DNA of 33,756 bases from Clostridia bacterium (GCA_045542775.1 JAZQLR010000023.1:1-33756); one strand, 5' to 3'. Positions 16,224 to 23,481 are shown, counted from the stretch's first letter. The notes: generated by a model from the letters alone, not told the origin. Made by a program: numbers and translations.

Positions 16224-17093
16224 CTATTCAAAATCCGAAAAGAACTTTGACAGTATCTTTTCAAACACCACGCCGTATTCAATTTTTATATCCGGATACT
16301 TCATCGTTTCGGCAATTGCCGCCTTAACAAAGTCAACCGCAAGCTGTGCCGCATCCAAAACTGACCTGCCGCGAACCAACGCTCCCGTCATAACCGCCGC
16401 AAATATGTCTCCCGTGCCATGGAACGGTCTGTTGATATATCCGCAGTCGAGCAGCTTTGCCTCATTTGTTTCTTTATCATACACACCCACGCACATATGG
16501 TTTTTATCCGTCATAACACTTGTTACCGCAATTCCCCTAGGCCCTAAATCCGATAGCCGTTTCATCATTTCAACAAGCTCGGCTTCGCTCAGATAATCCT
16601 TTGGGAATTCCTCGCCCAGAAGCAGGCACGCCTCGGTGAGGTTAGGTGTTATAACATCAGCAAGTCCCACAAACTTTTGCATAGATACAAGCAGGTCACT
16701 CATTCTGTCATAATACACCGTCTCAACATCCGAAAGCTCGTTGTCGCCCAAAACGGGGTCAATTACCGCAATCGCACCCTCTGCCTTTTTCTCTTTTACA
16801 AAGTCGGTCAGAATCTCAATCTGCCGTGCCGACGCCATATATCCGGTACACACCCCGTCAAAACCTATGTCGATATTCTTCCAATGCTCCAGAATTTTTT
16901 CCATCTGGTCGGTCATATCACAAAAGGTGTAATCCTCAAACTTGTATGTATGAGTCGAAAGCACCGCCGTGGGAAGCGGACACGCCTCCACCCCCATTGC
17001 CGAAAGAATTGGGCACGCCTCGGTAAGCGAAACCTTGCCGAACCCCGACAAATCGTTCACCGCCGCAACTCTTGGTATAAAGCTTTTTATCAT
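16224..17093 (-). CDS. pdxK: Pyridoxal/pyridoxine/pyridoxamine kinase
   Basis: Ribokinase-like fold. N-terminus VAAVNDLSGFGKVSLTEACPILSAMGVEACPLPTAVLSTHT and C-terminal GTGDIFAA are typical of the PdxK/PdxY family. Confidence 0.85.
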   Translation of the reverse strand: MIKSFIPRVAAVNDLSGFGKVSLTEACPILSAMGVEACPLPTAVLSTHTYKFEDYTFCDMTDQMEKILEHWKNIDIGFDGVCTGYMASARQIEILTDFVKEKKAEGAIAVIDPVLGDNELSDVETVYYDRMSDLLVSMQKFVGLADVITPNLTEACLLLGEEFPKDYLSEAELVEMMKRLSDLGPRGIAVTSVMTDKNHMCVGVYDKETNEAKLLDCGYINRPFHGTGDIFAAVMTGALVRGRSVLDAAQLAVDFVKAAIAETMKYPDIKIEYGVVFEKILSKFFSDFE

Positions 17094-17111
17094 CTAAATC
17101 GTCTCCTAATT

Positions 17112-17822
17112 TCACACACTTTTTAAATCCTCAATCTCCGCATCGGTAAGCTCACGCATTTCGCCCAAAGCTAAATCCTCGTCAAGGACAAGGTTTTTCA
17201 TTCTCACACGCTGAAGAAAAACCACCTTGTTCCCAACCGCCTCGAACATCCGCTTTACCTGATGGAACTTGCCCTCGCAGATTGTAATTTCCGCCCAAGG
17301 CTCGCCGTCTGCCTCAAATCCCTCAAGCTCCGCCGGCAGAGTCTTGTAACCATCGTCCAAGGTTACACCGTTTTTGAATTTCTCAATATCCTCGTCCAAA
17401 GCCGCCCGTTCAAGCTGAGCCAGATAGGTTTTGGGGATATGATGCTTTGGCGAAAGCAGACGGTGTGCCAGCTCGCCATCATTGGTCAGAAGCAGCAAGC
17501 CCTCAGTGTCAATATCAAGCCGACCTACGGGGAACGGCTCGAAATGTGCGTATTCGTCAGGCAGCAAATCTATAACCGTAGGCAGCTTTTTGTCCCAGGT
17601 CGCCGAAACATAGCCATCCGGCTTGTTCAGCATAAGATAGATGAACTCACGATACCGGACAACCACCCCGTCAACCCTGACCTCTGCAGTTTCGGGGTCG
17701 ATATGGCTCTCGGCTTTTACTGCCGGCTTGCCGTCAAGTGTGACCTTGCCCTGCTTTATTAACTTTTTAACTTCTGTCCTTGTGCCGAATCCCGTTTCGG
17801 CAAGAAATCTGTCAAGACGCAC
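17112..17822 (-). CDS. Pseudouridine synthase, RsuA/RluB family (S4 domain + catalytic domain)
   Basis: S4 domain VRLDRFLAETGFGTRTEVKKLIKQGKVTLDG and catalytic PVGRLDIDTEGLLLLTNDG. I prefer the GTG at 17822, which has aGGGGGGTG 8 nt upstream. The track ATG at 17864 has no RBS. Confidence 0.88.
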   Translation of the reverse strand: MRLDRFLAETGFGTRTEVKKLIKQGKVTLDGKPAVKAESHIDPETAEVRVDGVVVRYREFIYLMLNKPDGYVSATWDKKLPTVIDLLPDEYAHFEPFPVGRLDIDTEGLLLLTNDGELAHRLLSPKHHIPKTYLAQLERAALDEDIEKFKNGVTLDDGYKTLPAELEGFEADGEPWAEITICEGKFHQVKRMFEAVGNKVVFLQRVRMKNLVLDEDLALGEMRELTDAEIEDLKSV

Positions 17823-17905
17823 GCGGCTCACACCCCCCCTGCATAAATTTTTATATTTAAACATATATTAGAAATAATACCCAAATTATAAAAGGACTGA
17901 TAAAT

Positions 17906-18358
17906 ATGAAACGAGTCGTTCGCCGCAACCGCTATATCCTTGCAACGCTATGCTTTGCCGCCATACTTTTTGTCCTGATTTGCGGCGTTTTCAGCATAGA
18001 CAACGCAACAAACAAAATGATTGTGGATTATGTCAAAACCCTTGGCTGGGAGGTAAACCCCACCCCGTGCGAAATCACGCACCTGACCGTACCCTACGAA
18101 TTTGATGCCGTGTTCGAGACCTACAACGCCGTACAGAAAAATTCCGGTTTTGATTTGACCGGATTCCGCGGCAAGCCTGTTACCCGTTACACTTACCGGT
18201 TGCTCAACCACAAGGAGTCTGCCTCGGTAAATGTTATGCTGGGCGTGCTTGTTTATGAGAACCGGATTGTTGCCGGCGACATCTCGTCAACCGACAAAAA
18301 CGGCTTTATGCACGCCATAACCGAGACGCACTACATCAACACAAATGACGGTCAATAA
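17906..18358 (+). CDS. DUF4830-like membrane-anchored protein
   Basis: N-terminal TM segment, then LGWEVNPTPCEITHLTVPYEFDAVFETYNAVQKNSGFDLTGFRGKPVTRYTY, which matches my memory of the DUF4830 pattern. Confidence 0.65.
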   Translation: MKRVVRRNRYILATLCFAAILFVLICGVFSIDNATNKMIVDYVKTLGWEVNPTPCEITHLTVPYEFDAVFETYNAVQKNSGFDLTGFRGKPVTRYTYRLLNHKESASVNVMLGVLVYENRIVAGDISSTDKNGFMHAITETHYINTNDGQ

Positions 18359-18398
18359 CAAGTATACCACAAACCTTTTGAGAATACCATAGTTTTTC

Positions 18399-18427
18399 TT
18401 GACTTTTTTGCAGGCAAAGAGTAAAAT
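18399..18427 (+). promoter_or_regulatory. Sigma-A type promoter of metY (short leader, no room for an S-box)
   Basis: TTGACT - 17 nt - TAAAAT, then RBS ttAGGAGGtttttt and the ATG at 18460. Confidence 0.6.
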
Positions 18428-18459
18428 GATACTATACTTACTTAGGAGGTTTTTTATAG

Positions 18460-19734
18460 ATGCGAATAGAAACCAAATGTATTCACGAAGGCTACAAGCC
18501 TGCAAAGGGCGAGCCGAGACAGCTGCCCGTATACCAGAGCACCACTTTTAAGTACGACACCAGCGACGAAATGGGCAAGCTTTTCGACCTTGAGGCTTCG
18601 GGATACTTTTATACAAGACTTCAGAACCCCACAAACGACAGTGTTGCCGCAAAAATCTGCGCGCTTGAGGGCGGTGTTGCAGCAATGCTCACCTCATCAG
18701 GTCAGGCGGCAAACTTCTATGCCATTTTCAATATTTGCGAATCGGGCGACCATTTTATAGCGTCTTCTGCGATTTATGGCGGAACATACAACCTGTTTTC
18801 TGTTACAATGAAGAAGATGGGTATCGAATGCACATTTGTTGACCAGACCCTGCCCGAGGAGGAGCTTGCAAAATACTTTAAGCCCAACACCAAGGCAGTA
18901 TTTGGCGAAACCATTACCAACCCCACGGTAACTGTACTTGATTTTGAGAAATTTGCACGCCTTGCACATTCCCACGGTGTACCGCTTATCGTTGACAACA
19001 CCTTTGCAACTCCCATAAACTGCCGTCCCTTTGAATGGGGTGCAGATATAGTTACCCATTCCACAACAAAGTATATGGACGGACAGGGCGTTGGCGTTGG
19101 CGGTGCTATTGTTGACAGCGGCAACTTCGACTGGATGAAATATGCCGATAAGTTCCCCGGTCTTACAACTCCCGACGATTCCTACCACGGAATTACATAC
19201 GCCGAAAGATTTGGTAAGGGTGCATATATCACAAAGGCAACAGCACAGCTGATGAGAGATTTAGGCTCAATCCAGTCTCCTCAGAACGCATTTTACCTGA
19301 ATCTAGGCCTTGAAACACTTCATGTAAGAATGGAAAGACATTGTCAGAACGCTCTGGCAGTTGCAAAGTTCTTAAAGTCAAGCGACAAGGTTGCGTGGGT
19401 ACACTATGCAGACCTCGAGGGCGACGAATACTATGACCTTGCAAAGAAGTATATGCCAAACGGCACCTGCGGCGTTCTTGCCTTTGGAATAAAGGGCGGC
19501 AGAGAAGCCTCCATCAAGTTTATGGATAGCTTAAAGCTTGCAAACATCGTAACACATGTTGCTGATGCAAAGACCTGTCTGCTGCATCCGGCGAGCCATA
19601 CACACAGACAGCTCACCGAGGAGCAGCTTATTGAAGCAGGCGTTGCACCTGACCTTATCCGTCTTTCTGTTGGTATCGAAAATGCCGACGACCTGATTGA
19701 CGATTTGAAACAGGCACTTGCAACAATAGACTAA
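18460..19734 (+). CDS. metY: O-acetylhomoserine sulfhydrylase (aminocarboxypropyltransferase), PLP-dependent
   Basis: 424 aa of the Cys/Met-metabolism PLP family, with HSTTKYMDGQG (PLP lysine) and a TRLQNPT motif. Confidence 0.92.
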   Translation: MRIETKCIHEGYKPAKGEPRQLPVYQSTTFKYDTSDEMGKLFDLEASGYFYTRLQNPTNDSVAAKICALEGGVAAMLTSSGQAANFYAIFNICESGDHFIASSAIYGGTYNLFSVTMKKMGIECTFVDQTLPEEELAKYFKPNTKAVFGETITNPTVTVLDFEKFARLAHSHGVPLIVDNTFATPINCRPFEWGADIVTHSTTKYMDGQGVGVGGAIVDSGNFDWMKYADKFPGLTTPDDSYHGITYAERFGKGAYITKATAQLMRDLGSIQSPQNAFYLNLGLETLHVRMERHCQNALAVAKFLKSSDKVAWVHYADLEGDEYYDLAKKYMPNGTCGVLAFGIKGGREASIKFMDSLKLANIVTHVADAKTCLLHPASHTHRQLTEEQLIEAGVAPDLIRLSVGIENADDLIDDLKQALATID

Positions 19735-19772
19735 TACACGGCTTGATAAAATCACCGACTACATAAACAATA

Positions 19773-19810
19773 AAACAGACATTAGTCCTTGGGCAAATGT
19801 CTGTTTTTTC
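19773..19810 (+). terminator. Intrinsic terminator of metY
   Basis: aAACAGACATtagtccttgggcaaATGTCTGTTtttt. Confidence 0.8.
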
Positions 19811-19824
19811 TGTTCTAACCCTAT

Positions 19825-19853
19825 TTGTCATCCCGAGTGAAACGAAGAATCTT
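19825..19853 (+). repeat. Family D short repeat
   Basis: ttgtcatcccgagtgaaacgaagaatctt. Confidence 0.75.
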
Positions 19854-19931
19854 AAAGCTGTCCAAGATGCTCGACAAGCAAGACCCTTCGACAAGCTCAG
19901 GGTGACATCACGGGTGGCTTTGTATCCGGAA

Positions 19932-19960
19932 TTGTCATTCTGAACGCAGTGAAGAATCTT
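19932..19960 (+). repeat. Family D short repeat
   Basis: ttgtcattctgaacgcagtgaagaatctt. Confidence 0.8.
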
Positions 19961-19991
19961 TCTTGTCATCACGCAAAATATATAAAACACC

Positions 19992-20021
19992 TTGATTTTT
20001 TTATCAAACCTGTGGTATACT
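19992..20021 (+). promoter_or_regulatory. Sigma-A type promoter (extended -10) of family B copy 2
   Basis: TTGATT - 18 nt (ending TGg) - TATACT. Confidence 0.6.
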
Positions 20022-20027
20022 ATATTT

Positions 20028-20191
20028 GCCAAATCAAATTAATACTTGCTTTATGTGATCAGCTTTTTTGTCTTTCGGCAAAAATGTACTGCTTATTTAA
20101 GCTTGATTGTGTAAAGCATTAGGTTTAATTTGGTTTGGCGACTGAGGGCAGTACATTTTTCGGTGTACGGTTCTGCCGTACACCTTTTTTT
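20028..20191 (+). ncRNA. Candidate structured RNA, family B copy 2 (stand-alone)
   Basis: P1 is GCCAAAUCAAAUUAA/UUAAUUUGGUUUGGC (15 bp) and P2 is UUGCUUUAUGUGAUCAGCUU/AAGCUUGAUUGUGUAAAGCA. The long-range pairing is AAAAAUGUACUG/CAGUACAUUUUU. The terminator is GGUGUACGG-uucu-GCCGUACACC plus U7. Confidence 0.6.
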
Positions 20192-20230
20192 GTGCTTCTC
20201 TCGGAGGTTACCACACACTTGCATCCGGCA

Positions 20231-20266
20231 AAACACCCCGACCATATTGGTCGGGGTGTTTGCCTT
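20231..20266. terminator. Bidirectional hairpin terminator (end of the minus-strand peptidase operon)
   Basis: aaACACCCCGACCatatTGGTCGGGGTGTttgcc, with T-rich sequence on both strands. Confidence 0.7.
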
Positions 20267-20292
20267 TCAATTTTAAACAGCCACTTTCCCTA

Positions 20293-20447
20293 GGGGATAG
20301 GAAAAATAGGTTCAGAATGAATAAACTGAGCCAAAGCTATGCTTTGGGTTACCCGACGGCGTACTGTGGTGTACGCCGAGCGGCGAAGTTTATTTATAGC
20401 AAAAGGCACAGTTTGCCTTTTGCGCTCTGGACTATTTTAACATCCCC
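20293..20447 (-). repeat. Structured 3'-UTR element, family A (copy A1, overlaps the peptidase stop codon)
   Basis: On the plus strand: GGGGATAGGAAAAATAG...gagCCAAAGCtatGCTTTGGgttaCCCGAcGGCGTACtgtggtGTACGCCGAGCGGcgaag...CTATTTTAACATCCCC. It carries an extra internal hairpin aaaaggcacagtttgcctttt. Confidence 0.75.
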
Positions 20448-20911
20448 TTTATTTTTCTCTTAATATTACCAGCTTTGCCACGCAGTCTTACCCAAATTCT
20501 CCAAATTGGTAGGACAACTTTTACGTACCGAGCGTAGCTTTTGCCACTGCAATCAAGCACCTTGTTTTTCCGGCTGACCGCCGTTAAAATACCGATTATC
20601 CATTCGGGCTTTACGCCGTGTTCAAGAATTCTCTGATTGTCGCCGCATAGAATATAGCCGTTTTTATCCTCGCCCACAATTCGGTGCAGAACAAACTGAC
20701 CGTCGGGTCGGCGATAGAAAATCACCTCGCCCACCTGAGGGGTTTTATCCAATGCTCCAACCGTAACGCTGTCCTTACCCTGACGGATAAGAGGCCGCAT
20801 ACTTATGCCGTGGGGACGAAATGTAACGCTGCCGCCCAGCCTTAGCTTTTCCTCAATAATCGGGAACAGCTCTTCAAGCCGGACTCCCTTTTTGCCTTGC
20901 AAACTACTCAT
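20432..20911 (-). CDS. Soluble signal-peptidase-like serine peptidase (S24/S26 superfamily, SipW/S26B-like Ser-His-Asp boxes)
   Basis: 159 aa with boxes HGISMRPL (nucleophile Ser), FVLHRIVG (His where LepB/LexA types have Lys) and CGDNQ. There is no N-terminal TM segment. The start overlaps the PqqD stop by 8 nt. Confidence 0.75.
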   Translation of the reverse strand: MSSLQGKKGVRLEELFPIIEEKLRLGGSVTFRPHGISMRPLIRQGKDSVTVGALDKTPQVGEVIFYRRPDGQFVLHRIVGEDKNGYILCGDNQRILEHGVKPEWIIGILTAVSRKNKVLDCSGKSYARYVKVVLPIWRIWVRLRGKAGNIKRKIKGMLK

Positions 20912-21170
20912 CTATCAGATTAGCCTCTTTCATTTTATTGATAAATGCCTTAACATCTCTAAGCGCAATATCCTCGGGAGCATCATATTCCGTAAGCAAT
21001 GCCGAAACAAGCTCTGCCTCGGTTGCACCGCCCTCCAGAGTCTTCCACAAAAACGCACCGCTCTCGTTAAGATTAATCATTCCGTTGAAGTCAATCGCAG
21101 CACTTCCAACAGGCACAACAACATTCTGACCTGCCACGCTGCGAAGCATAAATCCTGCCTTGATTTTCAT
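20904..21170 (-). CDS. PqqD-family protein (RiPP recognition element-type peptide chaperone)
   Basis: 88 aa containing ...MINLNESGAFLWKTLEGGATEAELVSALLTEYDAPEDIALRDVKAFINKMKEANLI, which matches the PqqD pattern (LNetg..iW..l.g..t..el...l...y.v.......Dv..fl..l...gli). RBS is GGAGAGG. Confidence 0.8.
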   Translation of the reverse strand: MKIKAGFMLRSVAGQNVVVPVGSAAIDFNGMINLNESGAFLWKTLEGGATEAELVSALLTEYDAPEDIALRDVKAFINKMKEANLIDE

Positions 21171-21195
21171 AAAATCTAAATCCTCTCCGGGCTTC

Positions 21196-21927
21196 TTATC
21201 TGTTCATTCCATTATATGCGGTATACGCCGCATCATCGTCCATATTACAGCCCATTCTGTATACCGTTGTTTGTTGCAAAAGCCGGTCAAGCAAATCAAG
21301 GAGCTTTGACATATTTCTGTTATCCACCGGACGAATTGTCTGATTGAGTATCCCAAACGCCGCATCCTTTGCCAAAATCGGCTCTATCCAGTTTTCCGCT
21401 GACCGTTCAAGGAAGCATATCCCCTGTAAGGGAACACCAATATTCTTATTCTGGTCGGTCTTGCCGCTCCACGGCGTGCCGTAAACCGTAACCTTGCCGT
21501 CCTTAATACGGATAACCGGCTTGTCATCGTTGAGAATATATGTGTTGTCCTCGCCAAACACCTTGCGCCAAAGCGTGGTGTGGGTTGACTTGCCCGTTCC
21601 GCTGGGAGCAGAAAAAAGGTATGCCTTGTTCTCATACACAACCGCAGATGCGTGGAGCATAAATCCGTCAAACTCTAAAAGCTTGCTGCAGAACTGCTCG
21701 CCCGTCCACATATACTCACATTCCAGAGTGGAAAGATGCGGAGCAAATTTCTGCTTTGCCAGAAGGAACTCGTCATCAAGCCCCACCACAATTTCGGGCG
21801 TGCCATCAAATTCGCAAAGGTACTCCTTTGCCTGCTTTTCAATTATTCCGCCTGAGCGGAGAATCATTCCCACATTAACATCGGCAATGGAATACTTACG
21901 CTTGCTGATACCGTCTGCAGAATTCAT
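21196..21927 (-). CDS. HPr-kinase-like P-loop protein (HprK-related kinase family)
   Basis: 243 aa containing GFMLHASAVVYENKAYLFSAPSGTGKSTHTTLW...LNDDKPVIRIKDGKVTVYGTPWSGK. This resembles the HprK/P C-terminal catalytic fold as found in HprK-related kinases of peptide-modification clusters. The start ATG overlaps the SLH gene stop (TAATG). Confidence 0.7.
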   Translation of the reverse strand: MNSADGISKRKYSIADVNVGMILRSGGIIEKQAKEYLCEFDGTPEIVVGLDDEFLLAKQKFAPHLSTLECEYMWTGEQFCSKLLEFDGFMLHASAVVYENKAYLFSAPSGTGKSTHTTLWRKVFGEDNTYILNDDKPVIRIKDGKVTVYGTPWSGKTDQNKNIGVPLQGICFLERSAENWIEPILAKDAAFGILNQTIRPVDNRNMSKLLDLLDRLLQQTTVYRMGCNMDDDAAYTAYNGMNR

Positions 21928-22886
21928 TATTCAGCCGCTCCTGGAAGCATAATGATTGTAGGAATTTCAAAGCTGCTGCCATCGCAGGAGTAAATCTTGC
22001 TTATATTAGCAACATCTCCCGAAACAACAATACCGGGAACAACAGTTGCAATCTCAGTAAATACACCATCAACCGAAACCTTTGTTCCTGCTCTTACAAC
22101 CAGTTTATTGAGGATTTCGGCATTCTTCACTTCAATGTTGCCTTCACCTACACCATCACCGATAACAACCATTTTCTCGGTCACTATATTATTAAGATTC
22201 ACGCCCGGAACTCTTATCATAACATTGCCATCGGTGGGAATTTCTGTCTCGGTATCATCAATATAGTACTTGATGAGTCTGTCCATAACAACCGCAAACT
22301 CTGCACGGGAAATGTTGTTGAGGGGATTGATGTAACCGTCATTGCCTGCAACATAGCCGCTTGCGACAATTGCAGCAACGCCGTTCTTTGCCCAATCATC
22401 AACCTTGTCGCCATCCTTGAACTGGTCAAGAATTGTTGTGTCAACATTGAATGTTGCAAGACCGAAAACTCTTGAAAGAACAAGGAATGCTTCCTGTCTT
22501 GTGATGGGGTTGTTGGGGTTAAGCTTATTGTCAGAACCGGTGAATGCGCCCATTGCAACAGCCTTTGCCATTGACGCATAGAACCAGTCGTCAGGATTAA
22601 CATCTGTAAAACCGGTAATTACCGCTTCCTTAGTTGCGCCGCAGGCACGAGCCATAATTGTTGCCATTTCGGCACGGGTCATATTATCTGACGGCTTGAT
22701 ATATCCACCGCTGCCGCCCAAAAGTCCGTTTTCAACTGCTGCGGTAAGTGCCGCTGTTGACCAGTCGTCGGGCATATCCTTGAAGTCAGCTGCAAATGCA
22801 ACTGTTCCGAGTGAAAGCATAAATACCAAAACCAATGCGAGTATCTTTTTCATAATAAAAATCTTCCTTTCTTTATGTGAATTCAT
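21927..22886 (-). CDS. Secreted S-layer-homology (SLH) domain protein with uncharacterised beta-rich C-terminal domain
   Basis: Signal peptide ...MKKILALVLVFMLSLGTVAFA/ADF. There are three SLH repeats (FKDMPDDWSTAALTAAVENGLL; FTDVNPDDWFYASMAKAVAMGAF; FKDGDKVDDWAKNGVAAIVASGYV). The ATG at 22886 has GGAG 7 nt upstream and lies just downstream of the promoter; an alternative ATG is at 22853. The track start at 22976 lies upstream of the promoter. Confidence 0.85.
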   Translation of the reverse strand: MNSHKERKIFIMKKILALVLVFMLSLGTVAFAADFKDMPDDWSTAALTAAVENGLLGGSGGYIKPSDNMTRAEMATIMARACGATKEAVITGFTDVNPDDWFYASMAKAVAMGAFTGSDNKLNPNNPITRQEAFLVLSRVFGLATFNVDTTILDQFKDGDKVDDWAKNGVAAIVASGYVAGNDGYINPLNNISRAEFAVVMDRLIKYYIDDTETEIPTDGNVMIRVPGVNLNNIVTEKMVVIGDGVGEGNIEVKNAEILNKLVVRAGTKVSVDGVFTEIATVVPGIVVSGDVANISKIYSCDGSSFEIPTIIMLPGAAE

Positions 22887-22907
22887 AGATAACTCCAGTA
22901 TATATTG

Positions 22908-22936
22908 ATTATACTGTATTTTACGAGGTTTTTCAA
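22908..22936 (-). promoter_or_regulatory. Consensus sigma-A promoter of the SLH/kinase/PqqD/peptidase operon
   Basis: Minus strand reads TTGAAA - 17 nt - TATAAT. Confidence 0.65.
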
Positions 22937-22984
22937 TCCTCTTTTTGAAAAATAATAAATTTGTAAGTTTGTACAAAAAATAAC

Positions 22985-23015
22985 AGGATTAGTGGTCAAT
23001 TTGACCGCTAATCCT
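22985..23015. promoter_or_regulatory. 31-bp near-perfect palindrome in the divergent promoter region (candidate operator or hairpin)
   Basis: AGGATTAGTGGTCAA-T-TTGACCGCTAATCCT, two 15-nt arms with one mismatch. Confidence 0.45.
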
Positions 23016-23121
23016 CATTTTTAAAGCAAAATTTGTTATTTTTGATTTTTTAAATTAAGTGTAAATTTCTTAAAACTGTTAATACTAAATATGTAAACTT
23101 TCTCTGGAGGTGAATTTTTTT

Positions 23122-23277
23122 ATGGAAAACAGCGGCGTTAAATGCAATGTTAACGAATGTATGTATCATGCAGAGGGAAACAAGTGTTCTCTTGACACAA
23201 TCGAAGTAAGCCACGAAAAAACAAGTGCTGATTCAATCGCAATTCCCCATTTCTGCAAGAGCTACGAGAAGAAATAA
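23122..23277 (+). CDS. DUF1540-like small cysteine-containing protein (51 aa), absent from the ORF track
   Basis: ctctGGAGGTGaattttttt precedes the ATG. The product is MENSGVKCNVNECMYHAEGNKCSLDTIEVSHEKTSADSIAIPHFCKSYEKK. The C.V..C.Y......C....I.V......C pattern fits DUF1540. A strong terminator follows. Confidence 0.7.
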   Translation: MENSGVKCNVNECMYHAEGNKCSLDTIEVSHEKTSADSIAIPHFCKSYEKK

Positions 23278-23287
23278 CTTCCAAATT

Positions 23288-23316
23288 AAGAGGCTGTTTA
23301 AACAGCCTCTTTTTTC
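23288..23316. terminator. Intrinsic terminator of the DUF1540 gene
   Basis: aAGAGGCTGTTTAAACAGCCTCTtttttc. Confidence 0.85.
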
Positions 23317-23334
23317 TTATATAACGAAATCCAA

Positions 23335-23476
23335 GGGATAGTAAAAATAGATTCAGAATGAATAAACCGAGCCAAAGCTTGTGCTTTGGGTTACCCGAAG
23401 CTGTACTAGGTGTACAGCGAGCGGCGAGGTTTATTTATAGCAAATTTTTTTGCGGTCTGGACTATTTTTACATCCC
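23335..23476 (-). repeat. Structured 3'-UTR element, family A (copy A2, directly after the rseP stop)
   Basis: On the plus strand: GGGATAGTAAAAATAG...gagCCAAAGCttgtGCTTTGGgttaCCCGAaGCTGTACtaggtGTACAGCGAGCGGcgagg...CTATTTTTACATCCC. The GTAC hairpin shows compensatory changes relative to A1. Confidence 0.75.
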
Positions 23477-23481
23477 TCTTT

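Noticed and set aside
19655-20032. 125-aa minus-strand ORF
   Set aside because: It is built entirely from the metY terminator, the family D repeats and the family B copy 2 promoter. It has no RBS, so it is a repeat-derived pseudo-ORF.
20260-20463. 67-aa plus-strand ORF (and the similar frame across 23335-23476)
   Set aside because: It is the translation of the family A structured repeat, and the frame is not preserved between copies.
15358-21927. Idea that the HPr-kinase-like protein (21196-21927) regulates the HPr encoded at 15358-15615
   Set aside because: This HPr has Lys at the Ser-46 position. The kinase-like gene is operonic with a PqqD-type peptide-binding protein, which points to a peptide or protein substrate rather than HPr.
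21927-22976. Full-length 349-aa version of the SLH ORF (start at 22976)
   Set aside because: The first ~30 codons lie upstream of and across the consensus promoter at 22908-22936. The signal peptide and RBS support a start at 22886, or possibly 22853.
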